Of a stretch of 64,000 bases of DNA, positions 12,091 through 23,650 are shown in pieces. Every line of letters starts with the position of its first letter. Within the stretch, counting starts at the first letter, position 1. The translations under genes and the position numbers were made by a program. Below the pieces are notes generated by a model. It searched no databases. It was not told the DNA's origin and saw only the letters and a program-made list of their open reading frames with translations. Origin of the DNA: Lama glama (Eukaryota); the NCBI GenBank assembly GCA_028534125.1, contig CM052817.1, positions 66,590,001-66,654,000 on the forward strand. Reading direction: 5' to 3'.

Positions 12091-14574
12091 ATCCGTATGT
12101 GCTCACAAAACTTCTCTCAGGTCCTCTGACAATGAAGTCAGAATCTGGACTTTTCTACAGGGACATTTCTTATGGTTTCAGGTTATTTGTCCTGTTGTAA
12201 TTCCATTTCCTGAAACATGTATACATTAAATACTTCAATAAATTGTGCTGTGTCAGAAAGTGGAGGGCTGTTGTTTTGCAAGAGACAGCTCTCACCACCA
12301 TCATTGCCTTAGAGCATGGCTTGAACAGTTTCTGAACGTAACACTGAAGATGAGATTACAGCTGATGGTGTAGCGCTTGTCATCCACTGAGCGGCCGTTT
12401 CCTTCTTTAATGAGCTGTCTCCCCTCCGTATCAGTAACATTGTTATGTTTCTGAAAGAAGAATTAAAGTGAGACCACCCACTCTTCCAGGAAATATATAC
12501 ATGTACTAGAGGAAGCAAATCATGAAGATTTTCTTTTCAAATAGAGTTAAGCCCACCCTTCAAATGTAGATAAGAAGCAAAACAATAGACTTAGTGGATG
12601 AGCAAAAATTGCAGGATGAGACTATGAAGCTATGTGATAAGAATAATCATTAAAATAGATACTGTAGAGGTGTTTCTCTAAGGCTATTTGACATCATGGT
12701 CTTTTTCCTGTGATTTGAAGTGGCCCATGAGGTGGAGTTACCTCCATACAATCATCTGGAGAATGTACACCAAAAAATCTTCTTGCCTCCACAGTTCATA
12801 CTGTGAATTAGTTGTATGATAAACCCTGCTCCCTTTCAAATGCAAGCGTGAATTCTAGACAAACTGATGCCATGAATAATTGGCAAGTGACTATTGTGAA
12901 ATTTATCAAAAACAATGATGTGTGGTGGGGACAGGGCTACAGAAAGAGATTATTTGGAAAAACTAATGGAAACAAGCCTTAGAGTTTTGTTTATATTGGA
13001 GTAACAGGTAGCATATTTAATGATCAGTGCAGAGTCAGGTAAGGAAAAATAAAAAAGTGTTAAGCATGAGAGCACCCACTGGGAGTAATTTCTTTTTCAG
13101 AGAGAACAAGTCAAGTGGAATGTAAAAGGTGCAAGGTTTTATATGGCTGTAGCGTTAGCACCTCTGGCCTAATACAAAAGGTTGTTAAATCTAGACCTTA
13201 ATAAGAGAGGTGCATGTCTTTCAAGGCAGCAGTTCTCACTGCTGTGTGGCAGTCTCCTCACAAGGGTAACATCAGATTTGAGCCACATGTATTTTAAAAA
13301 ATAATTTAGCATATATGATGTTATAGTGATGACTGTCAAAGAGCATATTAAGCCAGATAGCATAATGTAATACAGAGACCGGAACAGCTTACTGCCAAAG
13401 AGGAAAGGAAGTAACATCAAGAGTGTACCAATGCAAGGCCAGATACTTACCGAAAGAGTGACAGTCCTTCCTCACCAGTTTAGTGGAGAGCTGGTCAGGG
13501 CAGTAAACTGTTCCACTCAAGACCTCGTGACAGGGCTGAAAGGCTACCAAATGGATAGGGGGACACTTGGATGAACACTGAGACACTGGCATTCTGCAGT
13601 CAGGATTCTCCTGTAATTATTGCTGGCTTGTTTAAAGTGATTTAGGTCTTTGTATCCATTCCATTTTGCAAAATGTGTGTCTCACTGCAACCACATAAAT
13701 ATTGTGAATCCTGCCTCAGGGCCTGGGTGCCACCAGTAAGCTGCCCGATGTAAATGTGAAGCCAAACGGCAAAGACAAAGCTGTGGGCATGGAGATGGGA
13801 ACTCTTTTTGCTAGAAAGGAGGCCACACATGTGTTAGCATTAACTGTGGTGGAGCTTCCAGAATGAGCTGCAAAAACCTTCATTAGCAGCTGTAAGCGTC
13901 TGCTGAACCCAGCTGTATAGTCAGCAAAGGAGACTGTAGCCCTTCAACTTACTTGCCTAAAGTGGGTCCTCTAGTATCTCTCTGCCCAGCAGTGACCAGG
14001 TGAGTAAACCAAGTTGTGTGTGTGAGATGTGCCAAGAGGCTGTAATAGGAAACACAGCTGGGGGAAGTGACAGGGAAATGATCTGATGGCTGTGCTCTTT
14101 GAAGGAGAAACTCTTGATCTCTTTGATGGAAATGAAAGAAATTTATGAGCAGTGGGAGCCTCCATCACGTGCATCCCAAATGAACCCTAGAAACAAGAGC
14201 TACTCCTTTATTTTAAGTTTATGAAGAGACATTTAAATGTCATTTCTGTCAGATCGAGACAATCAAAGGTTAAGAGGCCTTTCTGATCAATGTAGTCAGG
14301 AGCTGTGTGGCCGTAGCTTAAAGACAACGAAAGCCTAAAGCCAAACCAAACCACTCACTCACCCACAAACTTCAGAACCATCCTCCAGTAAGCTGAGGAT
14401 TCCGTGTCCAGCCCCGCAGCAGGCACTGCTGTGACTGCACTGGTGTTGTAAAGCCATCTTAAAACAACTTTGCTGTGGGAACCTATTCCAGATTTCATAC
14501 ATAGTCACCAGTACCACGGTTCTTCATTGTCCACTTATTTCATGAGCATGTTTACTTGCACTTTTCATAATCAG

Positions 14575-14855
14575 GACCATGGCCAACCCCCTCCCATTCT
14601 TCAGGAACTTGCTAAAATGTCATCACAATGAAGTCTGCTCTGACCACTCTGTTTAAAATTGCCAACCCCAATCCCCTCTTCACCTGGAACTCCAATTCCT
14701 CCTTTATTCTACTCAGCCTGCCCCTTTTCTTAGCACTTACCACTTTCTGAAATACTACATAGCAGTACTTATTATCTGCCTCCATCATCCGCCTTACCCT
14801 ACTGAGAATGTAAGTACTATGAGGACAGGGATCTTTGTTTTCTTTTATTGCATTA
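14575..14855 (+). mobile_element. L2 (L2a-like) 3' region
   Basis: aaatgtcatcacaatgaagtctgctctgaccactctgtttaaaattgc…tagcacttaccac…agaatgtaagtactatgaggacagggatctttgt. Confidence 0.85.
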
Positions 14856-16084
14856 AAAACAAAACAAAACAAAACTTTCTAAGGTTGAAGAAAGCAGATT
14901 ATCTACATTAGCATAGGAAAATTGAACACCCACACTGAAATTCTAAAAGCAAAGCAATGAAAAAGTTGCATGAAAAGTTCTTAAGGAGTCAGGAAAACAG
15001 CTGTGTCAGAAAATTGCCTTGTGGATGTAAATTGAAATGTAAATCTTTTGTGAGCTATTAATTTTCTGAAAAATGCATTAAGCTCATTAGTGGGCCACTG
15101 GGACTATTCATTAGTTGAGAGGAGAGGAATTTACCAAGGCCCAAATTCTACTTTTTGAGAAAGGATCTATTTTAGTTTTTAAAGTAATTTATTAAAATAA
15201 AAAAGTGGGGCAGGGGAGAGAGAAAAGGGTTATTCCCTGAATTCAGCATATTTATTATTCAATTTATCATCAAGTGCTGTTGAAAGTTTCATATATGTGT
15301 AGCAATTGATAGAACCTGTCAAAATTACCTCAAGTAATTAGTATATTATGGACAGCTTAGGGATCTATGAAATGTGGAACAAACCTTCTCACTGCAGCCA
15401 TATTAAGGAAGATTAATTACCAGGAAAAAAAAATAACAATACATCTATCAGGCATGATTAAGTGAGCGGTAGATACCTCTTGGGGAACCTCTACATAAAA
15501 CCCATTCCCTGTATAGACTAATGACTAAAGATACTGTATTCCAAAGGTGGTCTCTGAGACCTTTGCATGCAGAGTGTGAATATGCTCTCTGTTTATACTC
15601 CCATGTTTTATAACAATGACATGTGCCATCTTGTAGTTAGTCCCCAAAATACTTTAAACTATATCCAGTAAACACCCATCTTTCCCTTCCTCCAGCAATA
15701 ACATGGTCTAAGTTTTTTTTTCCCATGTTCCTGAAAATCAGGTCAAGCAGTAGGTACTGTTACCCATCCCCTCTACCTGAGATGTATTTTTTTCTGAAAT
15801 ATCCATTCTTTCAATATTTTGAATTGATGTATTTTTTTTGTGGCTTGATGAGAGCCACCTTCCTTCCCAAGCAGGTTCTACAAAAGCCTCTGTCCCTACT
15901 CAGAATTTCTACACCTGCTGTCTTTTAAATTTCACAATATTCCTTTGTGGTATAAGGCATTGTGTCTTGGGATCTGTGGTAGATAAACCTTATAGTAATC
16001 TCAAAACCTACTTCTGACTACCTGTAACAAGATAACCTAAAATGTCATAATGATTTCTTAAAATATATGCAGTTTTCCTTGCTA

Positions 16085-16478
16085 GTAGTAGTAGGGTAAT
16101 TAACATAAATATAGCAACAAACTGTCTCCTGGCATAATACAATATGTAATACGTATCACTTGTTCAGCATAGGCTGGCGGGGCTTGGGGGGAGGATCTGC
16201 TCCATGCAATGACTCAGACACCTGGGCTAATGGATGCTGTACCATCTGACACCAGCAGCACCTGGAAACATGGCTTCTGAAGTCGCAGTGGCAGGAGAAT
16301 AAAGAGATAGAGGTTTAGAGACCCAGGCTCTTAACTGCCTCTACCCAGAAGTGACTGACATCACTTTCTCTCACAAATCATTGGCCTAGTCAAGTCACCT
16401 GGCCCCAACCCCACCACGAGGGATTCTGAGAAATGTAGTTGAACACATGGACTGTTTGGGGAGAACTGTCTCTGCCAC
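16085..16478 (-). mobile_element. MaLR LTR, old MLT1 subfamily (MLT1J/K/L-like)
   Basis: ctgctccatgcaatgactcag…ggctcttaactgcctctacccagaagtgactgacatcacttt…cattggcctagtcaagtcacctggcccc…gagaaatgtagt. Confidence 0.8.
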
Positions 16479-17034
16479 TTGTTTTGCACACATCTCAGCT
16501 ATGGGCACAAACTTAGGATGAAGCAAACTTGAAACGTAACGTAATTTTAATCAAAATATATTTTAATTGTGTCCAGAAATTCTGAAGGCATTATCAAAGA
16601 TAGAACACATCAGTAAGAAAGCAGTTTGCAAAAATAACTTTAAAATTACTGAAACTGATCTCTTCTGACAAGTTAGTTTCGCTGGTGCTACTCAGATATC
16701 CTCTAAATGACAACAGTTAAATGAGCAAGAGCAAAGTCAACCCCTAGCTTCCCTACCGACCACTGGATGCATCCTTAAACCAACGTACACAGAGCTCGTT
16801 TGTTGTCAGCTCATTCTAATTTACTTTTTGATTATTGCCCCTAGAGATGTATTCTTTCAACTTTTCCTCCCCTGCATATCATTATGAGGCATTTACTTAT
16901 TTCTCTAGATAAATGAATGTAATGCAAATGATCGAGATAAATGAATGTAATGTTTTGTACATTAAGTATTACAATGGACTTTTCCCTTCAATTTTTTACA
17001 TAGAAAAAAACATGATTTATAAAGTCATTTCATC

Positions 17035-18260
17035 AATTAAAAAACAACCTTTTATATTTTAGAATACTTTTAGATTTAAAGAAAAGTTATGAAGATAGTA
17101 AAGACTTTCCATATACCCTCCACCCAATTTTCTCTTTAACATTCAACATTAGTATAGTACACTTATCCCAATTAATAAGCCAGTATTGATATATTACCAC
17201 AAACTAAAGTACGTACTTTATTCGGATTTTCAGATTTCCTGAGTTTTTTACCTAATGCCCTTTTTCTGTTCCAGGATCCCACCCAGGATATTACATTGTG
17301 TGTAGTTGTCATGTCTCCTCAGACTCCTCTTGAATGTGACAGTATCTCAGGCTTTGCATGTTTTTGGTGACCTCTCAGTGTTGGGGATCACTGGTCAGGT
17401 GTCTTGTAGACTGTGCCTCAAGCAGGACTTGTCTGATGTTTCTCTTATGGTTAGACAGAGGATATGGGTCTGGGTGAGGAAGACCACAAGGGTGCAGTGC
17501 CAGTCTCATCACATGGATGGTGCAGACTGTCAGCAGGACTCACCACTGTTGTTATCCTTGGCCACCTGGCTGGGTGGTGTTTGCCAGGATTCTCCACTAT
17601 AAAGTACTCCCCACACCCACTTTATACTGTCCTCTGTGGAAGGAAGTCACTGTGCACTGCCCCGACTTGAGGAGTGGGGATTTATGCTCCAGCCTCTTTT
17701 TTTTTCCAAACCCCAGTCCTCACCAAGGCTTTCCACCCTGGTCAGAGTCACGTTGCGGTGGTGGCTCACCCCAAGGGCATGGCCAGGTGCGTACACTCTA
17801 CCTCCTTGAGGATGCAGCATTTACATAAAGTGTACAGGATCCTTCTGCGCAGGAGGACTGCCTGTGCTCCCCCACTTAGTTATTTTATACAGTCGTTTAC
17901 ATCAGTATGACTCATGGGTGTTTATTTTATCCTTTTGGTCCACAATCCATTTCTACTTTATTTTGTTTCCAAATTGTTCTAGCCTTGGCGGTTGGAGCTA
18001 TTTCAGTTGGTTTCTCATCCCTCTGATATACCCATCACGATGGGTTTTATCTTCAACCCTTCTTTACTTTCCGGCGCTATGCTTTGGGTATCATCTTGTG
18101 TGTTTCCCATCCTTGTTCTGGTATCGGCCATTTCTCAGGGAGCTCTGATTTCTTTTACTGGAAAATGATACTAGAAGCGAAGGTCTGGGACAACACAGCG
18201 CGGCTGGTTGAGCAGTGCTTCTGGGCCCTCTCAGCTGACAAAGCAAAGAAGGACATGTGT
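17035..18260 (-). mobile_element. L1MC-type (L1MC4-like) 3' UTR fragment, interrupted at 17697-17791
   Basis: tttttctgttccaggatcccacccaggatattacattg…tttgccaggattctccactataaagt…ggaaggaagtcact…ggccatttctcagggagctctg. Confidence 0.9.
17697..17791 (-). mobile_element. 5'-truncated poly(A)-tailed retroposed insert (probable SINE 3' part, family unassigned) nested in L1MC
   Basis: T9 run at 17697-17705 followed by 86 bp of non-L1 sequence. Flanked by TATGCTCCAGCCTC (17683-17696) and TACACTCTACCTC (17792-17804), a degraded TSD; L1 sequence resumes after it. Confidence 0.75.
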
Positions 18261-18677
18261 TTTTCATTTAGTTTTGACTGACATCACCCTCAGGTTTACT
18301 AGGATTTCCTACAACCCTTGTCTAGAATAGGAGACTTTTCCTTCTTATCTGAGTTACTTTGACATTTATGGGAACCTGCAGGAGGGTAAAGAAGAACTGC
18401 CAGTTCTGAAACGTAAGTGTGGGAGTAAATGTGGGAGTCTTGTCCAGGAGGCTTGTGTCCTTCGTTCATCAGAAATATGATGTGGGGCTGTGGGGTTCTA
18501 TGTGAAGCCAGCTTTCAGAGTGGGGAAAGTGTGATAACCATATACTTACTATAGCGTAGGTTTGATAGAGACGATAGACATATATAGTTTATATATATCA
18601 AATATATATTTGATTTGTGCATATTTGATAGAAGTGATAGTAAGAAGTTTGCTTTCTAATAAAAATAGGAAGGTTTA

Positions 18678-18820
18678 GGAGGGAGGGTATAGCTCAGTGG
18701 TAGAGCACATGCTTAGCAAGCATGAGGTCCTGGGTTCAATCCCCAGTACTTCCATTAAATAAATAAGCATAATAAATAAATAAGTAAGCCTAATTATATC
18801 CCTCCCCCCCAAATAAAATA
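18678..18820 (+). mobile_element. tRNA-Ala-derived SINE, camelid Vic-1 type
   Basis: A box TAGCTCAGTGG (18690-18700); anticodon arm CATGC-TTAGCAA-GCATG; B box GGTTCAATCC (18733-18742); (TAAA)n body and cctaatta…cccccc tail. 17-bp TSD AAAAATAGGAAGGTTTA (18661-18677) / AAAAATGGGAAGGTTTA (18821-18837). Confidence 0.93.
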
Positions 18821-19864
18821 AAAAATGGGAAGGTTTAAATTTTATTCCAAATTTTTCATTTTGACAGTTGATTAACACTGCTAGTATTTCTCCAGTATTT
18901 CTTTGGCGTTCTTTTTCCTTCCTGTTTTTTATGTTATTGTTACAAACCTTCCTGCTAATCCGCTTGTGGGGTCACAAAGGTTCCTGAGCCATGAAAATGA
19001 CTCAGGGGAAGATGGTTTTCACTGCACTATTTTGAGCCCCTGCGGCACTTGGACTTCATGTGACAGTAAGAGCGGTGCTTATTTATATCATGAGGTGTCC
19101 CAGGAACCAAAGAGAGATCAGGAAGAACGAAGGGTGATGCGCCCGTCAGCAGCCTGAACATCTGGGTGACTACCCGCCTCAGCATTTTCATTTTTCTGGT
19201 CTTACTAAAATCGGCAGCCGGGGACTCTAGTCAGTCTAATTGATTCTGCAGCTGCATTGCCCAAAGTCATCCCACAGAATTCTACCCCTGCACAGCCTCG
19301 GAGCCTGCGCCTGGTGCACACTGCCAGCTCTGGGCCGTCGGGCAGGACTCCATCAGCCTCGTGGGAAACACCTCCCGTAAGGCAGGAGGCTGTGGCCTGT
19401 GGTGGCACCATGGGCCCGCTTCCTCAGAGAGCTCAGGAGGCCTGGGTTTCTCCGTACACTGTACTGTGTGCTGAAGGCTGAGCTGGAAAGCTGGGACTGA
19501 GAAAATAACATAAGTGAGTGAAGCAACCAGGCGCACATCCCGACATCGCTCTCCTGTGGAAAGTAAATAAGCGTGCCAGACGAGAGGGTCTCCGAAATTG
19601 TTTCACATTCTAAAGTCACCGTGCAGGAAAAAATTGAGCTCCCTCTTTAATATGAGTCCTAAACAATTTGTAAATCTCACTCTTGTAATTCCATAATTTA
19701 GAGTATGTGTTGATCTAAAATCAGACTTTGCAGCCAACTCTGCACACAGACATGGGAGCTAAAATGCAGAGAGGTAAAAGAGGGAAAAGGCAAAAAAAAA
19801 AAAAAAACCAGGAAGATATTTGCTTAAGCATTTGAGATTCTTTCAATTAAAAATAAATTATTTT

Positions 19865-20740
19865 CTTCAAAAAGATTTATTGGGTATCAATCAGGGCGCT
19901 AGGTCCTATAGCATACCTTGAGGATACAAATATTAATGAAATGGACTCTGCCTTGAGCGACGTGACATTCTGGTGTGATTATAACACGTGTGGTAAGTAC
20001 TGATACTTGAGATGTCATCCAAACACTCTGAGGGGTCATCTAGCCTCTCAGTTGTTTTATGATGAACTGATAGGAGTTAACCAACTGAAGTAAAGACTGG
20101 ACATTCTAGCCCTAAAGTGTAGGCTGAGCAGAGGCCAGAAGTGAGAGAAAATATGGTTTATTGGAAAAAATTAAAACATCTTTAATAACAAAGGCACCAT
20201 GTGGTATGTAACAGGAGAATTTACAAGATGAAAGGCTCACAGTCAGTCTGACTGACAAATTAATCCTTAGTCCCTGGGACAGTAGGGACAGAGGTTTGGG
20301 CAGGAGAGTGATAGACAGTCATCAAGATTTAAAAAGAACATTCTGGCCACACGATGGAGAATGTGTTGTCAGCGAAATCCGATGCAAAAGGACCAATTAG
20401 ATGAATGAGGAGGAGGAGCTGAACTGAGATAGTGACAGAGGAGAAGGTGGGAGGCAATCCTGTTAGCAAGGACTTAAGGTGATAGGACAGGAGGCCATGG
20501 TGGCAGCACTGATGGGGCAGAAAGTTTCTAGCACCTAAGTGCCTGGGGAAATGGTGCAGTGAGTGGTTCATAAAGAGGAAAGAGAAGTTCTGAGAGGGAA
20601 GTGTGCGCTCATTTGGGCCAGGGACAGGTTGAGTTGAAGTACCTGTTTTATATTCAAACTGAGATCCCAGTAGAAAGTGTGGTGCCAAGATCCAGATCTC
20701 GGTTTCAGGGGAGAGGTCTAGACCGCAGGTAGTGGTGCAG
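19865..20740 (-). mobile_element. L2 LINE, 3' part
   Basis: Starts with the L2 tail antisense gatttattgggtatc…gaggatacaaa; continues with agatttaaaaagaacattctggcc and ggacaggttgagttgaagtacctg…tcaggggagaggtctagacc. Confidence 0.8.
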
Positions 20741-20829
20741 CAGAAGTAGTGGGGAATTCAGGGGGGCTGGGGAAGGTGACCTTGACCAAGCACACTTCAG
20801 AACAATTAACAGAGAAAACATGAAATATC

Positions 20830-21050
20830 TCATAGCCTAGTGATTAAATGCTCAAGCTCCCAAGCTTTACTACCCGGTTTTCTAGATATTAATTACGATT
20901 TAGCAGTTTTTATGTTTGAGAAAGTTAATTAATTTCTTTGAGCTTTAGTGTCCTTTGTAAAATGAGGTATAATAGCTAAGAGGATTAGATTAATTAATAT
21001 GTGCAATTTGCTTTAAAAAGTGCCCGGAATTTGTGGATAGCCAATAAATG
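20830..21050 (+). mobile_element. MIR SINE (degraded, near full length)
   Basis: catagcctagtgattaa…tgtaaaatgaggtataatag…aaagtgcccgg…caataaatgt. Confidence 0.75.
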
Positions 21051-21284
21051 TGTGTGTATGCATGAGTGTGCATAGACCCTAACCTATCTGAGGCTTCTCA
21101 ATATACTGGTTTTCCTTACAGAGTCAGTGTGTCAATCAGCACATTTTAGTGTATGGCGTCTTGGTAAAAAACTACATGAGGAACAGAAGACATGGTACTT
21201 GCCAAAAAATTCACTATTTACAAGGGTTGTAAAGCATAAAACAATAGTGGGTAGTGATACATTTTCCCCAATCTCCCCTCTTTC

Positions 21285-21510
21285 CCTCAGCTTCACCTGT
21301 ATCCGACTTCCCTTGGCTCCTCCAGTGTCGTGGTCTCCCTTTCCTTAGGGAAGGGCCTCAGGACCTTTGCACCTGTGTCCTGTACACTTGGCCAACTTCC
21401 ACCATCTGTACCTCAGCTTAAGCATCACTGTCTCTGACCCCAGACTAAATTAGGTCCCATATTATGTTTCCCAGTGGCCCTTATCCTCCTCAGAGCACTT
21501 TACTTATTCA
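21285..21510 (+). mobile_element. L2 fragment
   Basis: gcctcaggacctttgcacctg…ctcagcttaagcatcact…ccccagactaaattaggtccc…agagcactt. Confidence 0.7.
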
Positions 21511-22039
21511 TAGTTATTCAAGAACTCTGGAGAAGGAGAAGAAATCTGTGTGAATGAGAAGGACCAGGAAGAAGCCAGTGTGGACAAAACATGAAAGCAT
21601 GTCAAGTGAATAGTAGTGCTCAGGTCCCAGATATTTTCTAAGAAGATGCTTCAGTTTCCCAAAGGGTGTGGCAAAGTTGTAGATGGAAAGAATCGTATAT
21701 GAGCTCCCAGAAGGCCTCTTTATTATACCTCTCCTCCAGCTTTGGGGGTTGAGGGGCTGGGCTGCTGATATACGTACTAAGGGCTGTTCACATTCTGATT
21801 ACATTAAAACACTTGGGGAACTTTTAAATAAGAATAATACTATGACACACCATGACTAACCTTGCCTCGTTCACGATTTAAAATGATTTTTATTATGGCC
21901 ACATGGATTTATTCAGTTGACTTCGGAGAGACTGTGTCTGTCACTAATAATCATTCTTTTTTTTCTTCTATAGTTATGCAGATTATTATTACACATTTTC
22001 ATTTGTTTGGGAGCAGGAGGGGCAAATATGTCTTGCAAT

Positions 22040-22160
22040 ATCTTTTTCACCCCGACTGTGTCTCAGGCTCTGTGTGTGCACTAAGTATACGCCATGCTAT
22101 TCGCCGATCAAAGCAACCTGATGAGGTAGTATTATCTCAGTTTTACAGGTAAAACTCGTA
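22040..22160 (-). mobile_element. MIR fragment
   Basis: caacctgatgaggtagtattatctcagttttacaggtaaaac. Confidence 0.6.
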
Positions 22161-23389
22161 TTTTTACTTAAATGATACAGCATTTTTACTGGAAAGGGTA
22201 GTTCTTTCAAGTCAAAAATGATTTAGTGAACCATGAATCAACAGAATTCATGAATCAGCGACAGCAAAGAAAACAACTAGAATGTAACCCCAGAGTGAGC
22301 CGTACGGCTACGTGTCCTCACTCACCTCAAAAGAAGACTTTATGTCAGTATCTTTAAGGCTCTTTTTCCATTGTGAGGAACCTCCACACTTCTAGGCTCC
22401 AGCATCTTACTAGGTCTTATAAGAAATATCGAGTAGGAGCAAGAAGGGGACAGATAGATTTTTCCCTGTATAGCTTCTCGTACTTTCAGAAACTTCTCAT
22501 CAGATGCCTCACCATTGGGAGGTGAGTAGAACAGCATTTCATTATCTGCCTGTCAGTCTTTATTCTAACTAGGAAACGGAAGCGTTTGGGAGCCTGTGTG
22601 TTATTTCTGTCTCCTGCCCTTCTTGAAGCTTGTGACTTGAGAAAAGGAAGAAGGCATTTATGGAAAGGGGACAGATAAACACACTAAAGCTTTCAAAGAG
22701 CAGCCTTCGGTTGCCTTGGTCTGCTGCGTGATAACGCGGTGCCCGTCTGCCGGGGAGGGATGGAGTGTCTCATGAAGGCTAGGGAAAAAAAAACATTTAA
22801 AGCCAGTACATCCAGTGTCAGTTCCAAACTATACTGTAATCTGATACTTCTGTGGGGAAGGAATAAAAAAGAAGCTGAAACAATAAAACTGAACATTTGA
22901 GATGTTAAAGGCCATTACATTTTGGATATTTCAGGGAAGAATATTCTGAGCAAGAATATAGCAATCTAGTCAAATTAGTAACTGCCTCCCTGTTTTAGTC
23001 TCCTTTACCTTTCTTGTTCTCAAAACGTCCCATCCTTGTCGGTCCTTTTGTGTTTGGCCACCTCCCATTATCTGCCAAACTCTGCCATCCTGGTGTGTCA
23101 AGGAAGCCATTAGGTGTGATGTTTACTTCTCAGGGCAAACAAACATCAAGGGTAGAAGAGCCCCCCTGTGCTTTTCAGGAGAAAGTAAGAAAGAGTCGAT
23201 GTTAATAGAATGCATAACGCAGAGGTTTTAACATGACAAAAGCAAAGCTGCCACAGCGAGGTGAAAACACTGAAAAAAGATTTTACCGGGTAGGATGCAT
23301 GAATGGAATATGGGAGTGGACGAAAGGCGGGTAATGAGAAGGTGTATAAATACGCAGTACCTGAATGGAGCGTTTTAATATTACGTGCA

Positions 23390-23650
23390 CTGTCCTCTCT
23401 GTGACACTTGTACTCCTGGTCCCTCTTCCTCTGCTCTGTTTTTTTTTTTTTTTCCTCAATGCCCATTACCTATTAACATACTAGACTTCTTTTTTTTTAA
23501 TTTATGTTGACTGTTTCCCTCTGTCATCCTCTAAAATCCACAAGCACAGAAATTCTGCTCTGTTTGTGTTCACTGTTATATCCAAGTGTGTAGAATAGTG
23601 CCTGACACAAAGGAGATGCTCACTGTGTGTTTGTTGAATGAATGAATGAA
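23390..23650 (+). mobile_element. L2a 3' end with (TGAA)n tail
   Basis: tctgtttgtgttcactgttatatccaagtgtgtagaatagtgcctgacaca…tttgttgaatgaatgaatgaa. Confidence 0.9.

Noticed and set aside
18683..18754. tRNA-Ala(AGC) gene
   Set aside because: The acceptor stem is defective (GAGGGTA/TACTTCC: one mismatch, two G-T pairs), and a SINE tail and TSD follow; it is a SINE head
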